From positions 1 to 64,000 of the forward strand of contig JAVRCV020000032.1 of assembly GCA_034530615.2 (NCBI GenBank): a DNA stretch of 64,000 bases. Direction: 5' to 3'. Shown piece by piece: positions 10,356 to 21,336 of the stretch; within the stretch, counting starts at the first letter, position 1; each line of letters opens with the position of its first letter. Position numbers and translations under genes: made by a program. Source of the DNA: Aulosira sp. ZfuVER01. GTDB taxonomy: Bacteria; Cyanobacteriota; Cyanobacteriia; Cyanobacteriales; Nostocaceae. A model generated the notes under the pieces. That model was not told where the DNA came from. It saw only the letters and a program-made list of their open reading frames with translations, and ran no database searches.

Positions 10356-11537
10356 ATGCTTTCACGCCTAAGTGCAATAAAAAATACTCGCTTCACAGCT
10401 TCGATTTCAGTGTTAGCACTGACAATTAGCCTAGCTGCTTGTGGCGGACAGCAAACTCCAGACAATACAGCTACCAACGAGACACCTGGTACTGCGACAG
10501 ATACTACTGCCTCTAATTCAGGCAAAAAATTGGATCTTGGTGGGAACATTTCCCTGACAGGGGCTGGCGCATCTTTTCCTGCACCCCTTTACACAAGTTG
10601 GTTCACTGATTTGAACAAAAAATATCCCAGCTTGCAAGTTAACTATCAGTCAGTTGGTAGCGGTGCTGGCGTTGAGCAATTTATCAAAGGTACTGTAGAC
10701 TTTGGTGCCAGCGATGTTGCTATGAAGGATGAAGAAATCCAGAAGGTGCCACAAGATAAGGGCGTACTCTTGCTGCCAGTAACTGCAGGTAGCATTGTTC
10801 TAGCTTACAACTTGCCCGATGTTCCAGAACTCAAGCTACCACGGACAGTTTACACCGATATTTTACTAGGCAAAATCAAGTCTTGGGACGATCCTCTAAT
10901 TGCTAAGGCTAACCCTGGCGCAAAACTTCCCAAGCAGCCAATCACAGTCGTATATCGTTCTGATGGTAGTGGAACCACGGGTGTGTTCACAAAACATCTG
11001 AGTGCTATCAGCCCAGAGTGGAAAACAAAAGTTGGGGATGGTAAGAGTGTAAAATGGCCTGTGGGTGTTGGTGCTAAAGGTAACGAAGGTGTTACTGCCC
11101 AAGTTCAACAAACTCAGGGTGCAATTGGTTACATTGAATATGGTTACGCCAAACAAAACAATCTCAAATTTGCGGCTTTAGAAAATAAAGCTGGTAAATT
11201 TATTGTATCTAGCGATCAGTCTGCATCTAAAACCCTAGAAGCCGTAACCCTGCCAGAAAATCTCCGTGCTTTTATCTCAGATCCAGAAGGAGCAGATTCC
11301 TATCCTATTGTTAGCTACACCTGGATTCTGGCTTACAAGAAATATGCAGACGCGGCAAAAGGTAAAGCAATGGAAGCCTTGATCGAGTACGCTTTAACAG
11401 AGGGTCAAAAGATTGCTCCTGAACTAGGGTATGTTCCTTTACCCCAACCTGTAATTTCTAAAGTAGCTGCTGCTGCCGATCAAATCAGTCCCGATTATAA
11501 GATTGCTGTTAGCGGCGGCCCTAGTGCTAGTAAATAG
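10356..11537 (+). CDS. pstS: Phosphate ABC transporter substrate-binding lipoprotein
   Basis: Lipobox LAAC, GAGASFPAPLY, YQSVGSGAG, DFGASD, RSDGSGTT. Confidence 0.97.
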   Translation: MLSRLSAIKNTRFTASISVLALTISLAACGGQQTPDNTATNETPGTATDTTASNSGKKLDLGGNISLTGAGASFPAPLYTSWFTDLNKKYPSLQVNYQSVGSGAGVEQFIKGTVDFGASDVAMKDEEIQKVPQDKGVLLLPVTAGSIVLAYNLPDVPELKLPRTVYTDILLGKIKSWDDPLIAKANPGAKLPKQPITVVYRSDGSGTTGVFTKHLSAISPEWKTKVGDGKSVKWPVGVGAKGNEGVTAQVQQTQGAIGYIEYGYAKQNNLKFAALENKAGKFIVSSDQSASKTLEAVTLPENLRAFISDPEGADSYPIVSYTWILAYKKYADAAKGKAMEALIEYALTEGQKIAPELGYVPLPQPVISKVAAAADQISPDYKIAVSGGPSASK

Positions 11538-11731
11538 CAACTTTGAGAGTAAAAATACAGCATAGGGAGCAATTAGTCAATCAATTTTTGACTAATTACT
11601 AGATTTGTCGCTTTCTTGGCGCTCCCATACTAAAATCCTAGTTTCAGGTTCAACAATTTATCTGGCGACAATTCTACTAAATCTGGTTCTCTCCCACATT
11701 TTTCTCGATCTAATTTTTAAAGTCAGTAGTC

Positions 11732-12682
11732 ATGACTACAAATACTCAGAATCTGCAATCAGCGATCAAAAATCGCTCAGAAATAGAAAAGTCGCTAGAT
11801 CGGAGCTTTATTTGGCTGACTCGAGTTTTTGCATTGGCGATCGCAGCTACGTTATTGTGGATTACGATCCAGGTTGGGATTGGGGCTTGGCCAGCCATCC
11901 AGCAGTTTGGTGTAGGCTTTTTAGCCGAAAGCACTTGGAATCCCGTTAATAATCAATATGGCGTACTACCACAAGTTTATGGGACTTTAGTAAGTTCTTT
12001 TATTGGTCTGTTGTTGGCTGTACCCATTGGAGTTGGCACCGCTGTTTTGTTGAGCGAAAATTTTCTCCCTGCAAAAGTGCGAATTGTATTAGTATTTTTG
12101 GTAGAACTGCTCGCAGCCATTCCTAGCGTTGTCTACGGAATCTGGGGCATTTTTGTTTTAGTGCCGATTGTCACTAACTTAGGAAAATGGCTGAATAGTT
12201 CCTTGGGCTTTTTACCAATTTTTAGCACCCCTCCCACAGGACCAGGAATGTTACCTGCGGGAATTATCTTAGCAATTATGACCTTGCCAATCATCACAGC
12301 CATATCTCGTGATGCTTTGATTTCTATCCCTCCAACTTTACGCCAAGCATCTGTAGGACTAGGTGCAACTCGTTGGGAAACAATTTTTCAAGTTTTAATT
12401 CCCGCAGCCTTTTCTGGCATTGTTAGTGCTGTAATGCTGGCACTGGGTCGGGCTATGGGAGAAACAATGGCTGTTACAATGTTAATAGGTAACTCCAACA
12501 ATATTAGTCTCTCACTTTTAGCACCAGCTAACACAATTTCTTCCCTACTGGCAAATCAATTTTCGGAAGCTAGCGGTCTGCAAGTAGCGGCTTTAATGTA
12601 CGCAGCTTTAGTTCTGTTTGTATTAACTCTCTTAGTTAATATTTTTGCAGAATTAATCGTTATCCGAATGAAGCGAATTTAG
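11732..12682 (+). CDS. pstC: Phosphate ABC transporter permease
   Basis: ELLAAIPSVVYGIWG, GRAMGETMAV. Confidence 0.96.
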   Translation: MTTNTQNLQSAIKNRSEIEKSLDRSFIWLTRVFALAIAATLLWITIQVGIGAWPAIQQFGVGFLAESTWNPVNNQYGVLPQVYGTLVSSFIGLLLAVPIGVGTAVLLSENFLPAKVRIVLVFLVELLAAIPSVVYGIWGIFVLVPIVTNLGKWLNSSLGFLPIFSTPPTGPGMLPAGIILAIMTLPIITAISRDALISIPPTLRQASVGLGATRWETIFQVLIPAAFSGIVSAVMLALGRAMGETMAVTMLIGNSNNISLSLLAPANTISSLLANQFSEASGLQVAALMYAALVLFVLTLLVNIFAELIVIRMKRI

Positions 12683-12701
12683 CATAGTTGTGGGATGAAT
12701 T

Positions 12702-13583
12702 ATGACTTCTAGTTATCCAGAAAGCAGCCTAACACGCGCTCCCATGTCTAAGAGGACGCTGTTTAACACAGCAATGACTGTCTTAGCATTTATTTGTGGG
12801 ATATTGGCGCTTTTACCTTTGCTGGCAGTGCTTTCTTACGTCATCATCCAAGGTTTCAGCAGTCTCAGTCCTAGCATATTTACAGAGTTGCCACCAGCAC
12901 CTCTGAGAAAGGGAGGCGGCTTTGGTAATGCCATTTTAGGAACGCTACTGATGGTAGGGATTGGTGCATTGATTAGCATCCCATTTGGTGTTTTAGGCGC
13001 GATTTATTTGACAGAATTTAGTTCTGGTAAAATAGCCAGATTGATCCGATTTGCTACTAATATTCTCAGTGGAGTTCCGTCTATTATTGCTGGGGTATTT
13101 GCCTATGGCATTGTAGTGTTGACTTTGGTCAAACTTAACTTAGGTTCTTACTCAGCCATAGGTGGTGGGTTTGCATTAGCGATTTTGATGTTGCCAATTA
13201 TTGTACGCACTACTGACGAAGCATTGCAGTTAGTATCACAAGATTTGCGGCAAGCATCTGTGGGTTTAGGAGCAACTAAATTTCAAACTGTAACGCAAGT
13301 GGTATTGCCAGCTGCTTTACCAGCGATTGCAACGGGAACCACGTTAGCGATCGCCCGGGCTGCTGGAGAAACTGCTCCTTTACTGTTTACTGCTTTATTC
13401 TCCCCGTTTTGGCCGAATAGCTTATTCAAACCAACAGCATCTTTGGCCGTTTTAGTTTATAACTTCGCGATTACTCCCTTTAAAAATTTACAGTCACTAG
13501 CTTGGGCAGCTTCTCTGATTTTAGTGTTGATGGTACTCATCACCAGTATCATTGCACGCTGGGCAACTCGCCAGAAAGCTTAG
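12702..13583 (+). CDS. pstA: Phosphate ABC transporter permease
   Basis: LSGVPSIIAG, ARAAGETAPLLFT. Confidence 0.96.
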   Translation: MTSSYPESSLTRAPMSKRTLFNTAMTVLAFICGILALLPLLAVLSYVIIQGFSSLSPSIFTELPPAPLRKGGGFGNAILGTLLMVGIGALISIPFGVLGAIYLTEFSSGKIARLIRFATNILSGVPSIIAGVFAYGIVVLTLVKLNLGSYSAIGGGFALAILMLPIIVRTTDEALQLVSQDLRQASVGLGATKFQTVTQVVLPAALPAIATGTTLAIARAAGETAPLLFTALFSPFWPNSLFKPTASLAVLVYNFAITPFKNLQSLAWAASLILVLMVLITSIIARWATRQKA

Positions 13584-13637
13584 TGCAGTATTGTCTTCAG
13601 GGCAAATTACTACCCCCAAACTTACACAAGACTATTT

Positions 13638-14444
13638 ATGGTTTCTAAAATTAGCACAGTGAATGGTACCGAAACTGTATTACGTACAGAAAACCTCAAT
13701 ATTTACTACGGCAATTTCCTAGCTGTGCGGGATATTTGGTTAAATATTCCCAAAAATCGGGTTACAGCTTTTATCGGGCCTTCTGGTTGTGGCAAAAGCA
13801 CATTACTGAGATGTTATAACCGTCTCAATGACCTGATTGAATCTTTTCGGGCAGAAGGTAAAGTTTATTATTACGATAAGAACCTATACGCATCAGACGT
13901 TGATCCAGTAGAAGTACGCCGTCGGATTGGGATGGTATTTCAAAAGCCGAACCCGTTTCCCAAATCAATTTACGACAATATCTCTTTTGGAGCGAAAATC
14001 AACGGCTACAAAGGGAATTTGGATGAATTAGTGGAGAGTTGTTTGCGCAAGGCGGCTTTGTGGGATGAAGTAAAAGATAAACTGCGGCAGAGTGGCCTAT
14101 CTTTATCTGGTGGACAACAACAGCGCTTATGTATTGCCAGAGCGATCGCTGTACAACCTGAAATTATACTAATGGATGAACCCTGCTCTGCTCTTGACCC
14201 CATCTCTACCCTGCGGATTGAAGAATTGATTCATGAACTTAAAGAGCAATACACCATTGTTATTGTGACTCACAATATGCAACAAGCCGCACGGGTTTCT
14301 GACATGACAGCCTTTTTCAATGTCCAACAGACAGAGAAAGGAGGTCGTAGCGGCTACCTAGTAGAATATGATGCGACTGAATTAATCTTCAACAATCCTA
14401 AGCAGGAAGATACTAGAGATTATGTCAGTGGCAGATTTGGTTAA
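13638..14444 (+). CDS. pstB: Phosphate ABC transporter ATPase
   Basis: [43 protein letters not shown]. Confidence 0.97.
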   Translation: MVSKISTVNGTETVLRTENLNIYYGNFLAVRDIWLNIPKNRVTAFIGPSGCGKSTLLRCYNRLNDLIESFRAEGKVYYYDKNLYASDVDPVEVRRRIGMVFQKPNPFPKSIYDNISFGAKINGYKGNLDELVESCLRKAALWDEVKDKLRQSGLSLSGGQQQRLCIARAIAVQPEIILMDEPCSALDPISTLRIEELIHELKEQYTIVIVTHNMQQAARVSDMTAFFNVQQTEKGGRSGYLVEYDATELIFNNPKQEDTRDYVSGRFG

Positions 14445-14601
14445 TAACTCACAAGCTGTGAGAAAAATTAAGTTCCTCTTGCTAAGGCTACTAATTAGTA
14501 GCTAATAAAATCATTAACTATAGCAATTTCAATTGAATTGCACAAAATTAGCGTGTGGCTGTTAATAGTTGACAGCCACGCAAAATTTTTCATTTTGCCT
14601 A

Positions 14602-14676
14602 TTGCGTTGGCGCTGCGCGTACCCCTACGGGGAAGCAAGCTACGCGAAGCGTCTGGCAGAGAAGCGCAACACGCAA
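14602..14676. repeat. GC-rich short dispersed palindromic repeat
   Basis: TTGCGT...gcgtacccctacggggaagcaagctacgc...ACGCAA; nested hairpins in an AT-rich intergenic region. Confidence 0.6.
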
Positions 14677-15079
14677 GTAAGTTCAAGAATCAAAGCGAAC
14701 TGCTATATTACGGGTTAACTTGTCAGAGAGTGTTAACGTCAAGCTGATAATAGAGCAGTTGATTCATATATATTTTTGCTATTTCTTGTTTTGGGTATTT
14801 GCCAAAACTTCACCGAATAAATAATTATTGGCAGCAGATGAAATTTTACTTACATAAGTTAATCTTTATAGAAAATTTTTACGGATACGCCTGAAATTCA
14901 AAGAAATTACTGATTCAGGTTAGTAAAAACTATTGATAAAATTTATGCTAATTGCTGCTAGTAGCGTTTCTTGATTAACTACATGACACAAGTCTGTAGA
15001 GATTGATACGTTAAACTTGCTTTGCGTGACTTTGATAAAAAGGGCAAATTTCTTCTAGTTTACATTAGTTAAATAAATA

Positions 15080-15694
15080 ATGGAATCTCATAAGACTGCA
15101 CTGATTCTCATTGGATATCAAAATGATTACTTCTCACCAAATGGAATTCTTTATGGAGTAATCGAGGAATCATCCAAAGTTACAAACGTCATAGCAAATA
15201 CAGTACATCTTCTTCAATGTCTGGCTTCTACACCAGCACTGATTATCACAACTCCTATATTCTTTACATCTAACTATGAAGAATTAATCGAGCCGATTGG
15301 TATTCTTAAAACTATTAAAGAAGTTAATGCTTTTCAGATGGGTACTCCAGGTTCAGAGCCGATTGAAGAGTTAAATTCTTTCCAAGACAGAATTCTGGAA
15401 GTACCTGGGAAACGAGGATTTAATGCATTTATCAATACTAATCTTGATGAAGTTCTCAAACAAAGAGGGATTACAGATGTTGTGATAGCGGGTGCTGTTA
15501 CATCTATATGTATTGATTCCACTGGGCGATCTGCTCATGAAAAAGGCTATCATGTAATAATACTCTCAGACTGCACTTCAGCTCGTACTGTATTTGAGCA
15601 AGGATTTTACTGTAGCAGTATTTTTCCGCTTTATGCAGAGGTAATGACTCACACAGAATTACTGAGCCATTTAGCAATAAAAGTTCCGGCTTGA
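15080..15694 (+). CDS. Isochorismatase-family cysteine hydrolase (first catalytic Asp replaced by Gly)
   Basis: ALILIGYQNDY, K in PGKRGFNAF, GAVTSICIDSTGRSAHEKGY, SDCT. Confidence 0.88.
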   Translation: MESHKTALILIGYQNDYFSPNGILYGVIEESSKVTNVIANTVHLLQCLASTPALIITTPIFFTSNYEELIEPIGILKTIKEVNAFQMGTPGSEPIEELNSFQDRILEVPGKRGFNAFINTNLDEVLKQRGITDVVIAGAVTSICIDSTGRSAHEKGYHVIILSDCTSARTVFEQGFYCSSIFPLYAEVMTHTELLSHLAIKVPA

Positions 15695-15968
15695 ACAACA
15701 AGCATATTCTAAAATAATTTTTGCGATAATTATTCTGGCATAAGTTACCAGGAATAATAACATATTAGATTTAGTCCAAAATTTTTTAAAACATTTTTTG
15801 AATGTAATTAAGTCTCAGACATCAATGTAAATAACACATTACTCTAAACCTTTATTAATCAATGATTGATTAATAAGATAAAGGTATTTAAAGTAAGTGT
15901 TTTAAATTAGGCATGATATCGAGACAGAATTCATTCAAACCTGTCATATCATCTGTTTATATATTTCT

Positions 15969-17423
15969 ATGAAACCCGATTTTTTAGCTGATAATGAACT
16001 GCATACTCAGATTCAATATCGTTTAATAGAACAGATTTCCGAGTCAGAAAGGCGTTATCGAGAGTTAGTGGAAAATCTACGGGAAATTGTATTTAAATGT
16101 GATAAATCAGGTAATCTTACCCTTTTAAATAAAGCTTGGACACTAACCTTGGGCTATAGTTCATCAGAATGCCTGAATCATCCAATAGATGACTATCTCC
16201 ATGCAGAAGATCGGCAGCTTTGGCTAAATTTTCTCACTCAAATGCATACTAAACAGGATCTTGCCTGTTGGGAATTACGGTTTCATCATAAAAGTTCAGA
16301 AATTATCTGGCTAGAATTATCAGCTCGTTCTGAGGATCAAGGAGAAATCAGTGGCTCTTTAACCAACATTACCGATCGCAAACGAGCACAAGCTGCGCTC
16401 AAAGAAGCAAACGAAGCATTACAAATGCGGATTGAGCAGTTACGGTTTGAGAATCACGAACGCAGACAAACAGAAGCAACTCTTTTGCAATCAAGAGAGC
16501 AATTAAAGCAACAGACCCAGCAGTTAGAAGCAACTTTACAAGAGCTTAAACAAACTCAAGCTAAACTGCTACATGCAGAAAAGATGTCGAGTTTAGGGCA
16601 GTTAGTAGCTGGAATTGCCCATGAAATCAACAATCCTGTTAATTTCATTTACGGGAATATAATTCATGCAAATGAGTATATCCAAGACTTGTTGGATTTA
16701 ATCGGTCTTTATCAGCAGTACTATTCCACTCCAGTTAAGGATATCCAAGACAAGGCACGTAAAATTGATCTGAGTTTTCTGCTAACTGACCTCCCTAGAC
16801 TCATGTCTTCTATGCAAATGGGAGCAGATCGAATTAGCGAAATTGTACTTTCACTGCGCAATTTCTCCCGTCTAGATGAGGCAGAGATTAAAGCTGTTGA
16901 TATCCATGAAGGAATTAACAGTACTTTGATGATTTTACAAAGTCGTCTCAAGGGAGGTAAAGACCGAACCGCTATTCAAGTAATTAAAGAGTACGGCGAA
17001 TTGCCACAAGTAGAGTGCTATGCAGGACAACTGAATCAGGTGTTTATGAACTTGCTGAGTAACGCCATTGATGCGGTTGTGACTCGCTGTAAAAGTGAAG
17101 CGATCCCGCATCGGATATCGCTTGAGAAGGATAAGGAAATAGTTTTATTCACACCAATGATTCGGATTCATACTGAAGTTGTTGGCGAGCTTTATGTGGC
17201 AATTCGGATTATTGACAATGGTATTGGTATGAATGAAATAACCAGAAAGCAAATATTTGACCCGTTTTTCACAACAAAACCCGTTGGGAAAGGAACAGGT
17301 TTAGGTCTTTCTATCAGCTATCAAATAATTGTGGAAAAGCATGGTGGAGTGTTGGAGTGTTCATCAGAGTTAGGCAAGGGAACAGAATTTCTAATTCATC
17401 TGCCGATTTCACTTTTACATTAA
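15969..17423 (+). CDS. Cytoplasmic PAS sensor histidine kinase
   Basis: PAS ending NITDRK, coiled coil, H-box AGIAHEINNP, NQVFMNLLSNA, DNGIG, PFFTTKPVGKGTGLGLS. Confidence 0.95.
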   Translation: MKPDFLADNELHTQIQYRLIEQISESERRYRELVENLREIVFKCDKSGNLTLLNKAWTLTLGYSSSECLNHPIDDYLHAEDRQLWLNFLTQMHTKQDLACWELRFHHKSSEIIWLELSARSEDQGEISGSLTNITDRKRAQAALKEANEALQMRIEQLRFENHERRQTEATLLQSREQLKQQTQQLEATLQELKQTQAKLLHAEKMSSLGQLVAGIAHEINNPVNFIYGNIIHANEYIQDLLDLIGLYQQYYSTPVKDIQDKARKIDLSFLLTDLPRLMSSMQMGADRISEIVLSLRNFSRLDEAEIKAVDIHEGINSTLMILQSRLKGGKDRTAIQVIKEYGELPQVECYAGQLNQVFMNLLSNAIDAVVTRCKSEAIPHRISLEKDKEIVLFTPMIRIHTEVVGELYVAIRIIDNGIGMNEITRKQIFDPFFTTKPVGKGTGLGLSISYQIIVEKHGGVLECSSELGKGTEFLIHLPISLLH

Positions 17424-17553
17424 AAACTGATTTTAAAATTGCAGTAGAAACCATTGGCTTAACTGGTGATAGCAATCTGATAAGAGTCTTTTGCTGAAAA
17501 ATTTAGCAGAAATATTTGGTTTAGCGATGGTTATTGAGTGAGGAGATAAAGCA

Positions 17554-20500
17554 ATGACACAATACCATATGGGAATAAATTTAGGGCATGAGCGCTCAGT
17601 CGCGATCGCGAAAGACGGTGAAATTGTGGTGGCGATCGAACAAGAACGACTCGATCGCCACAAATATAGCCCTGGTTATATGCTCCATGCGCCTGGTGTG
17701 GCTGCACAAATGCAGATTCCGGCAGAAGCCATGCGTTACTGTTTAGATACCTGCAATATCACATTGAGCGATTTGGCAACAATTACCGCCAATATGCCCG
17801 GTCACGATTGTGCACCCGACATTCTGCGTCGAGTACTACCTGCTGAAGTTGCAGATAAGGTGATGCGAATTCCCAGTCATCACTTAGCTCATGCCTACTC
17901 TGCCTATTGGCCTTCAGGATTTGATCGGGCGTTGATCTTGGCGTTAGATGCTACGGGTACTACAACTCCTACCCATTGTACTGAATCCTATACTCTCTAT
18001 GAAGGACGAGGGCAAACAATCACAACGCTGCATAGTGAGATGGTTGCAGCTCATTTAGCGCAACTCTCAACCCTCGGCTTTGTTTATGAGTACATTACCC
18101 GTAAAGCTGGGTTTGTCACCCAAGTAGGCGAGCGAATTCAGCACGCGGAAGCAGGGAAACTCATGGGTTTAGCTCCCTTTGGAGGAGAGCAACCTAATTG
18201 GCACCGTTGGATTCAGACAACAGAAGATTCTTTGAGCCTGAAAATTTCTGCCTACGATATCTTTTTGGAAGTCGCTGCCTTAGAAAAGTGCTATGACAAT
18301 GGCGAAGGTAAACCCTACCTACGTCCTTATTTAGTTGACCTAGCCTATAAGGTACAGAAAGAGCTAGAACAAGCATTACAGCATATTGTCAGTCTGGCAA
18401 TCAAACGCACTGGACTGAGAAAACTTTGCATTGCTGGTGGTGTGGGCTTGAACTCCGTTGCCAACTACGAATTGTTGCGGCAGCTGAAACTGGATGATAT
18501 TTTTATTTTTCCCGCAGCAGGCGATAGTGGGATTGCCGCTGGTTGTGCGCTATGGGCATACAATACGGTAGGCGCTGGACAAAAGCGAGTTGCCCTAACT
18601 CGGGCAACACTGGGTCGTCATTACAATGAAGAGCAAGTCTCTCAGGCAATTCAACACTTCCAAGACTCAATCGCGATTGAGCAGTTGACGACAGAGGAAA
18701 TGATGGCTCGGACTGCTAAAGTCTTAGCACAAGGCAGTATTGTCGCTCGCTTTGAAAGTGGTGCGGAGTATGGCCCGCGAGCTTTGGGACATCGCTCCAT
18801 CATGGCCGACCCTACTTTTAAACGGATGAAAGATATCTTAAATCTGAGGGTCAAGTTCCGTGAAGCATTTCGTCCATTCGCACCAGTAATTCCCCTAGAA
18901 GCTGTTTCTCAAGTGTTTGAACAGGAAGTCGCAGCGCCTTTCATGCTGCTCGTATCGCCCATCAAGAGTGAATATCACGATCTCATTCCTGCTGTTACCC
19001 ATGTGGATGGTACAGGGCGAGTGCAAACGGTTACAAAGCAAGACAATCCATACTTTTACCAACTGTGCTACAAACTAATCGAAGAACGACAGGGTCCGCC
19101 TGTGTTGCTGAATACCAGCTTTAATGTGGCAGGACAACCAATTGTGGAGACGCCATTGGAAGCGATCGCCACTTTTTTAGGTACAGATATTGATTATTTA
19201 GCAATTGAGAACGTTTGGATCTCTAAACGCCATGTCCCCGTTCGTAGCTATGAAGAGCATTTGACAAAAGTGGGCGAGGTTGTGCTGCCACATGGGCTTC
19301 CCCCACGTGCGCCTAGTGTCACTGATTTAATGGCAGAGTTAGATCGGGCATTATTCTTTGGTCATACTGTTGGCTGTCCTTGGTCTTTAGAAGAGTTGCA
19401 ACTCCTCTCTAATCAAGGCGCTCAGTACAAAGAAACAAGTGTACTCTTCCCTGAGACTCCTTTTTATGGGAACTTGCAGACAAAGCTTTCTAGAGATGTA
19501 ATTTTACTACTAAACCCTCTCAGTAAATCTACCCTAGTAGATCTTAAGCAACAAGTACCTCCCGCAACTTATTCTTTTGAGGAAGTTAAGCTGTTGTTAG
19601 CTGTTCTCAACGCACCTGAGAGTTGGCTAGAACAAATGCGAATTGAGCTACGCCTGACTCACTTTGAATTTACACAACGGATTGAATGGGCGAATCAACA
19701 ACTCCGCATTTATCGCCTAGAACCTGCATACTCCTACATCAAACCGTTACCTGAAGATTCAGCATTACCCCCAACCTCAGACCAAACTTTTGCACCTTTT
19801 GAGAATGAAAATTTCTCGGCTCGACGTATTCTTCGTAATTTTTACCAGTTTTTACAGCAAGCAGGTTATAACGAAGCTAATATCTGTAAGTTGCTAGATA
19901 TTAGCTCACAGCAACAAATTGAGCCGACATATCTCCACTACTACAATCGCTATCAACTCCCCCAATCCACATTGGCAGATCTGATTCGTCTGTTCTTGCT
20001 GCGGGGTGTATTGACGCAAGTCAGATTGCGAGAAATCTTTGGAGATGAGGTATTCTCAACCCTATGTAGCTTGGGTGTGTTAATTCAGCGTGGTGAAGAT
20101 TGGGCTTCACGAGTCGATTTATTTGCTGTTGCTGGACTATATGTGGCTACAGATCATCGCTACATAATCTTGCCAGAAGATCGGGTTGATGAAGACGTTG
20201 TGATGTACGTAGGTATGGATAGTATGGGGCTAGTTTACACAGCTCCTCAATATCCAGCCAATCGAGTTTTAGATCTCTGCTGTGGTAGCGGCGTTCAAAG
20301 TTTAATAGCAAGTCGTTATACAAAAGAAGCGATCGGAGTTGATATTAACCCACGGGCAATTCGCTTTGCTCGGTTTAACGCTCAACTCAATGGCATATCT
20401 AATACTCACTTCTATCTAGGCAATCTCTACGAAGCTGCTTCTGGCTACTTTGATACAATTCTGGCAAATCCTCCCTTTGTTCCCAGTCCTAGTCAGGAAT

Positions 20501-21336
20501 GTCGCTTCCGGGATGGCGGTGCAACTGGTGAAGAAATTCTCGCTCAAATCATTACTGAGAGTGCAAAACACTTGACACCTAATGGCAGGCTGTTTATTGT
20601 TTCCGACTTGGTAAATATCCAACAGTATGAGTCTAAGCTGAATCAATGGTGGCAAGGAGGCTCGGCTCATAAGTTAGTACTGAGTACTGCCGATCGCAAT
20701 GATATTCTGTTTTCAGTTCCCCACTGTCATACAGCTTTTAATCAAACATGGGAACAATACAACATCGAGTTAGACCAGTGGCTACAGAACTTTTATACTA
20801 GTGGTCTACGCACAGTTAATTTTGGCTATATCTTGATCTGTCAGGTTGATAGTACTGGTACAGGCTCTTATTACAGCCGCACAATCCACAATCCGAATCA
20901 GCCAATTCATCAGGATGTACAACAATATTTTCAGCAAAGGCAGTTACTAGAAGAACAGCAAATTAGCGATCGCTTTTTGACTATGTCTCCTGATTTGCGA
21001 TTTCGCCTCGAAACTAGTCCCACAACGGGAGAGCGCGAAATCGAGTTATTTTCTCCCAATAACCCCTATTTCACAACTTACCCAATCAGCGAACAAATGT
21101 ATCGCCTGTTGCAAGATATCAATCGCTCCCAACCTAAATGGGTAGCCTATGCAACGGCACTTAATCAAGATTGGCTCTATGAATTGATTTATAAGGGTAT
21201 CCTTTACTTAACTCTCGAAGCTCCCACTGTTAACCGGAACCGACGATTGAACGATCCGCCTCCCACAGAAGGATTAAAAATCGAAGAGTTAGAAACTAAA
21301 ACAACTCCAACCTGCATCTCGTCGTATTTACGTTAA
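17554..21336 (+). CDS. NodU/CmcH-family carbamoyltransferase fused to a class I SAM methyltransferase
   Basis: HHLAHA, GKLMGLA, GGVGLN, GDSG, EYGPRALGHRS, FRPFAP, HVDGTGRVQTV, LNTSFN; then VLDLCCGSG, VDINPRA, ANPPF, DGG. Confidence 0.92.
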   Translation: MTQYHMGINLGHERSVAIAKDGEIVVAIEQERLDRHKYSPGYMLHAPGVAAQMQIPAEAMRYCLDTCNITLSDLATITANMPGHDCAPDILRRVLPAEVADKVMRIPSHHLAHAYSAYWPSGFDRALILALDATGTTTPTHCTESYTLYEGRGQTITTLHSEMVAAHLAQLSTLGFVYEYITRKAGFVTQVGERIQHAEAGKLMGLAPFGGEQPNWHRWIQTTEDSLSLKISAYDIFLEVAALEKCYDNGEGKPYLRPYLVDLAYKVQKELEQALQHIVSLAIKRTGLRKLCIAGGVGLNSVANYELLRQLKLDDIFIFPAAGDSGIAAGCALWAYNTVGAGQKRVALTRATLGRHYNEEQVSQAIQHFQDSIAIEQLTTEEMMARTAKVLAQGSIVARFESGAEYGPRALGHRSIMADPTFKRMKDILNLRVKFREAFRPFAPVIPLEAVSQVFEQEVAAPFMLLVSPIKSEYHDLIPAVTHVDGTGRVQTVTKQDNPYFYQLCYKLIEERQGPPVLLNTSFNVAGQPIVETPLEAIATFLGTDIDYLAIENVWISKRHVPVRSYEEHLTKVGEVVLPHGLPPRAPSVTDLMAELDRALFFGHTVGCPWSLEELQLLSNQGAQYKETSVLFPETPFYGNLQTKLSRDVILLLNPLSKSTLVDLKQQVPPATYSFEEVKLLLAVLNAPESWLEQMRIELRLTHFEFTQRIEWANQQLRIYRLEPAYSYIKPLPEDSALPPTSDQTFAPFENENFSARRILRNFYQFLQQAGYNEANICKLLDISSQQQIEPTYLHYYNRYQLPQSTLADLIRLFLLRGVLTQVRLREIFGDEVFSTLCSLGVLIQRGEDWASRVDLFAVAGLYVATDHRYIILPEDRVDEDVVMYVGMDSMGLVYTAPQYPANRVLDLCCGSGVQSLIASRYTKEAIGVDINPRAIRFARFNAQLNGISNTHFYLGNLYEAASGYFDTILANPPFVPSPSQECRFRDGGATGEEILAQIITESAKHLTPNGRLFIVSDLVNIQQYESKLNQWWQGGSAHKLVLSTADRNDILFSVPHCHTAFNQTWEQYNIELDQWLQNFYTSGLRTVNFGYILICQVDSTGTGSYYSRTIHNPNQPIHQDVQQYFQQRQLLEEQQISDRFLTMSPDLRFRLETSPTTGEREIELFSPNNPYFTTYPISEQMYRLLQDINRSQPKWVAYATALNQDWLYELIYKGILYLTLEAPTVNRNRRLNDPPPTEGLKIEELETKTTPTCISSYLR

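Noticed and set aside
14495..14747. 63-aa and 69-aa ORFs
   Set aside because: They derive from the GC-rich dispersed repeat after pstB
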